Shown piece after piece: positions 63,501 through 64,000 of a DNA stretch of 64,000 nucleotides. The stretch is from Azolla caroliniana. Lineage: Eukaryota; Plantae; Polypodiophyta. Made by a program: the position numbers and the translations under genes. Where the stretch lies: assembly GCA_043228905.1 (NCBI GenBank), contig JBHGNT010000004.1, positions 10,292,001 through 10,356,000 of the forward strand. Direction: 5' to 3'. The notes under the pieces were generated by a model that saw only the letters and a list, made by a program, of their open reading frames with translations, did not search any database and had not been told where the DNA came from. How positions within the stretch are numbered: the stretch's first letter is position 1; each line of letters starts with the position of its first letter.

Positions 63501-63983
63501 TCCGCCGACATCTTCACCAAGCCTCTTGGTCTAGACAAGTTGCGCCAATTCTCGTGTGCGCTTGGGTTGCATCACCTCGACGTGCCGAACTTGAGGGGGA
63601 GAGATGTCCCAGATGACCACGGAAGGGCGAGAGAAGACCGTGACACCGAGTCTGATGACGATTTCGATTTCGAATCGGCTGATGAAGTCAAGGGCGGACC
63701 CGCGGAAGATTCCGGAAGCGGACATAAGGGGAACAACCGAAAGGAAGAGCCGAAGACAACCAAGCATAGGGGAGATGACGCTGTCAAGCGCAAGAAGACC
63801 GAAGACGAGTTGGAGACAGCCAACTCGGATGAGAGCGAAAACCAATTGGAGGTAGCTGAGTCGGTTCGGATGTTTGATTCGGATACATTGAATCAACTGA
63901 CGGCCAAGTGGAAGAGAAGGCAACAGGAGAAGTGCCAACACCGCGACAGCGAGGGAGCTATGAAGGGCCGTGGGAGCAGATAA
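60557..63983 (+). pseudogene. pol: copia J pol: degenerate IN, then open IN-Cterm/RT/RH/extension (ORF 61296-63983)
   Basis: LWHKRIGH, KCILVGYS, YVDDL, YTDVDW, KHIEVHYH, ADIFTK, then LRGR plus an acidic/basic tail. Confidence 0.92.
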
Positions 63984-64000
63984 GCCGACCGGAAGGGTCG

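Larger units (their letters stand above)
41835..64000 (+). mobile_element. Ty1/copia element J (family B/D/J) inserted in the RT of E; host of K; runs off the window
   Basis: 5' LTR 41835-42226 (short deletion near its 5' end); PBS TGGTATCAAAGC 42227-42238; gag ATG at 42287 through protease to 43480; resumes at 60557. Confidence 0.9.

Overview
This window is essentially all transposable-element DNA from a plant nuclear genome. It is probably a bryophyte or other non-seed plant; that is inferred from a Tcn1-like chromovirus and tRNA-Trp-primed non-chromo Ty3/gypsy elements. I see no host gene. It resolves into a nested stack, mostly confirmed by target-site duplications (TSDs). Stack 1: L1-like LINE (<1-~20200) > copia A (3074-19856, -) > gypsy fragment T1 (6487-~8047) and copia B (9421-19744, inserted in A's TATA box) > copia C (12196-17775). 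Next is copia D (20366-26560, -). Stack 2: copia E (26671->41834) > copia F (27970-33215), chromovirus G (33320-40084, containing solo LTRs H and I) and copia J (41835->64000) > gypsy K (43481-60552, -) > copia L (45281-50282) and gypsy M (53565-58577). All copies carry stops, frameshifts or deletions. The most interesting signals are: (1) antisense tRNA-type Pol III A/B-box modules built into three gypsy LTR families; (2) a Trp-primed gypsy lineage with 4-bp target sites reading ACG(G/T) at all four insertions; (3) in the same lineage, a conserved -1 frameshift/pseudoknot cassette between protease and RT; (4) a U3 cassette shared between gypsy and copia LTRs; (5) a copia family with a duplicated PPT and a ~165-aa Pol tail after RNase H; and (6) two independent 'triple-TSD' flank-copying events. 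All alignments were made by eye, and lineage names are tentative.
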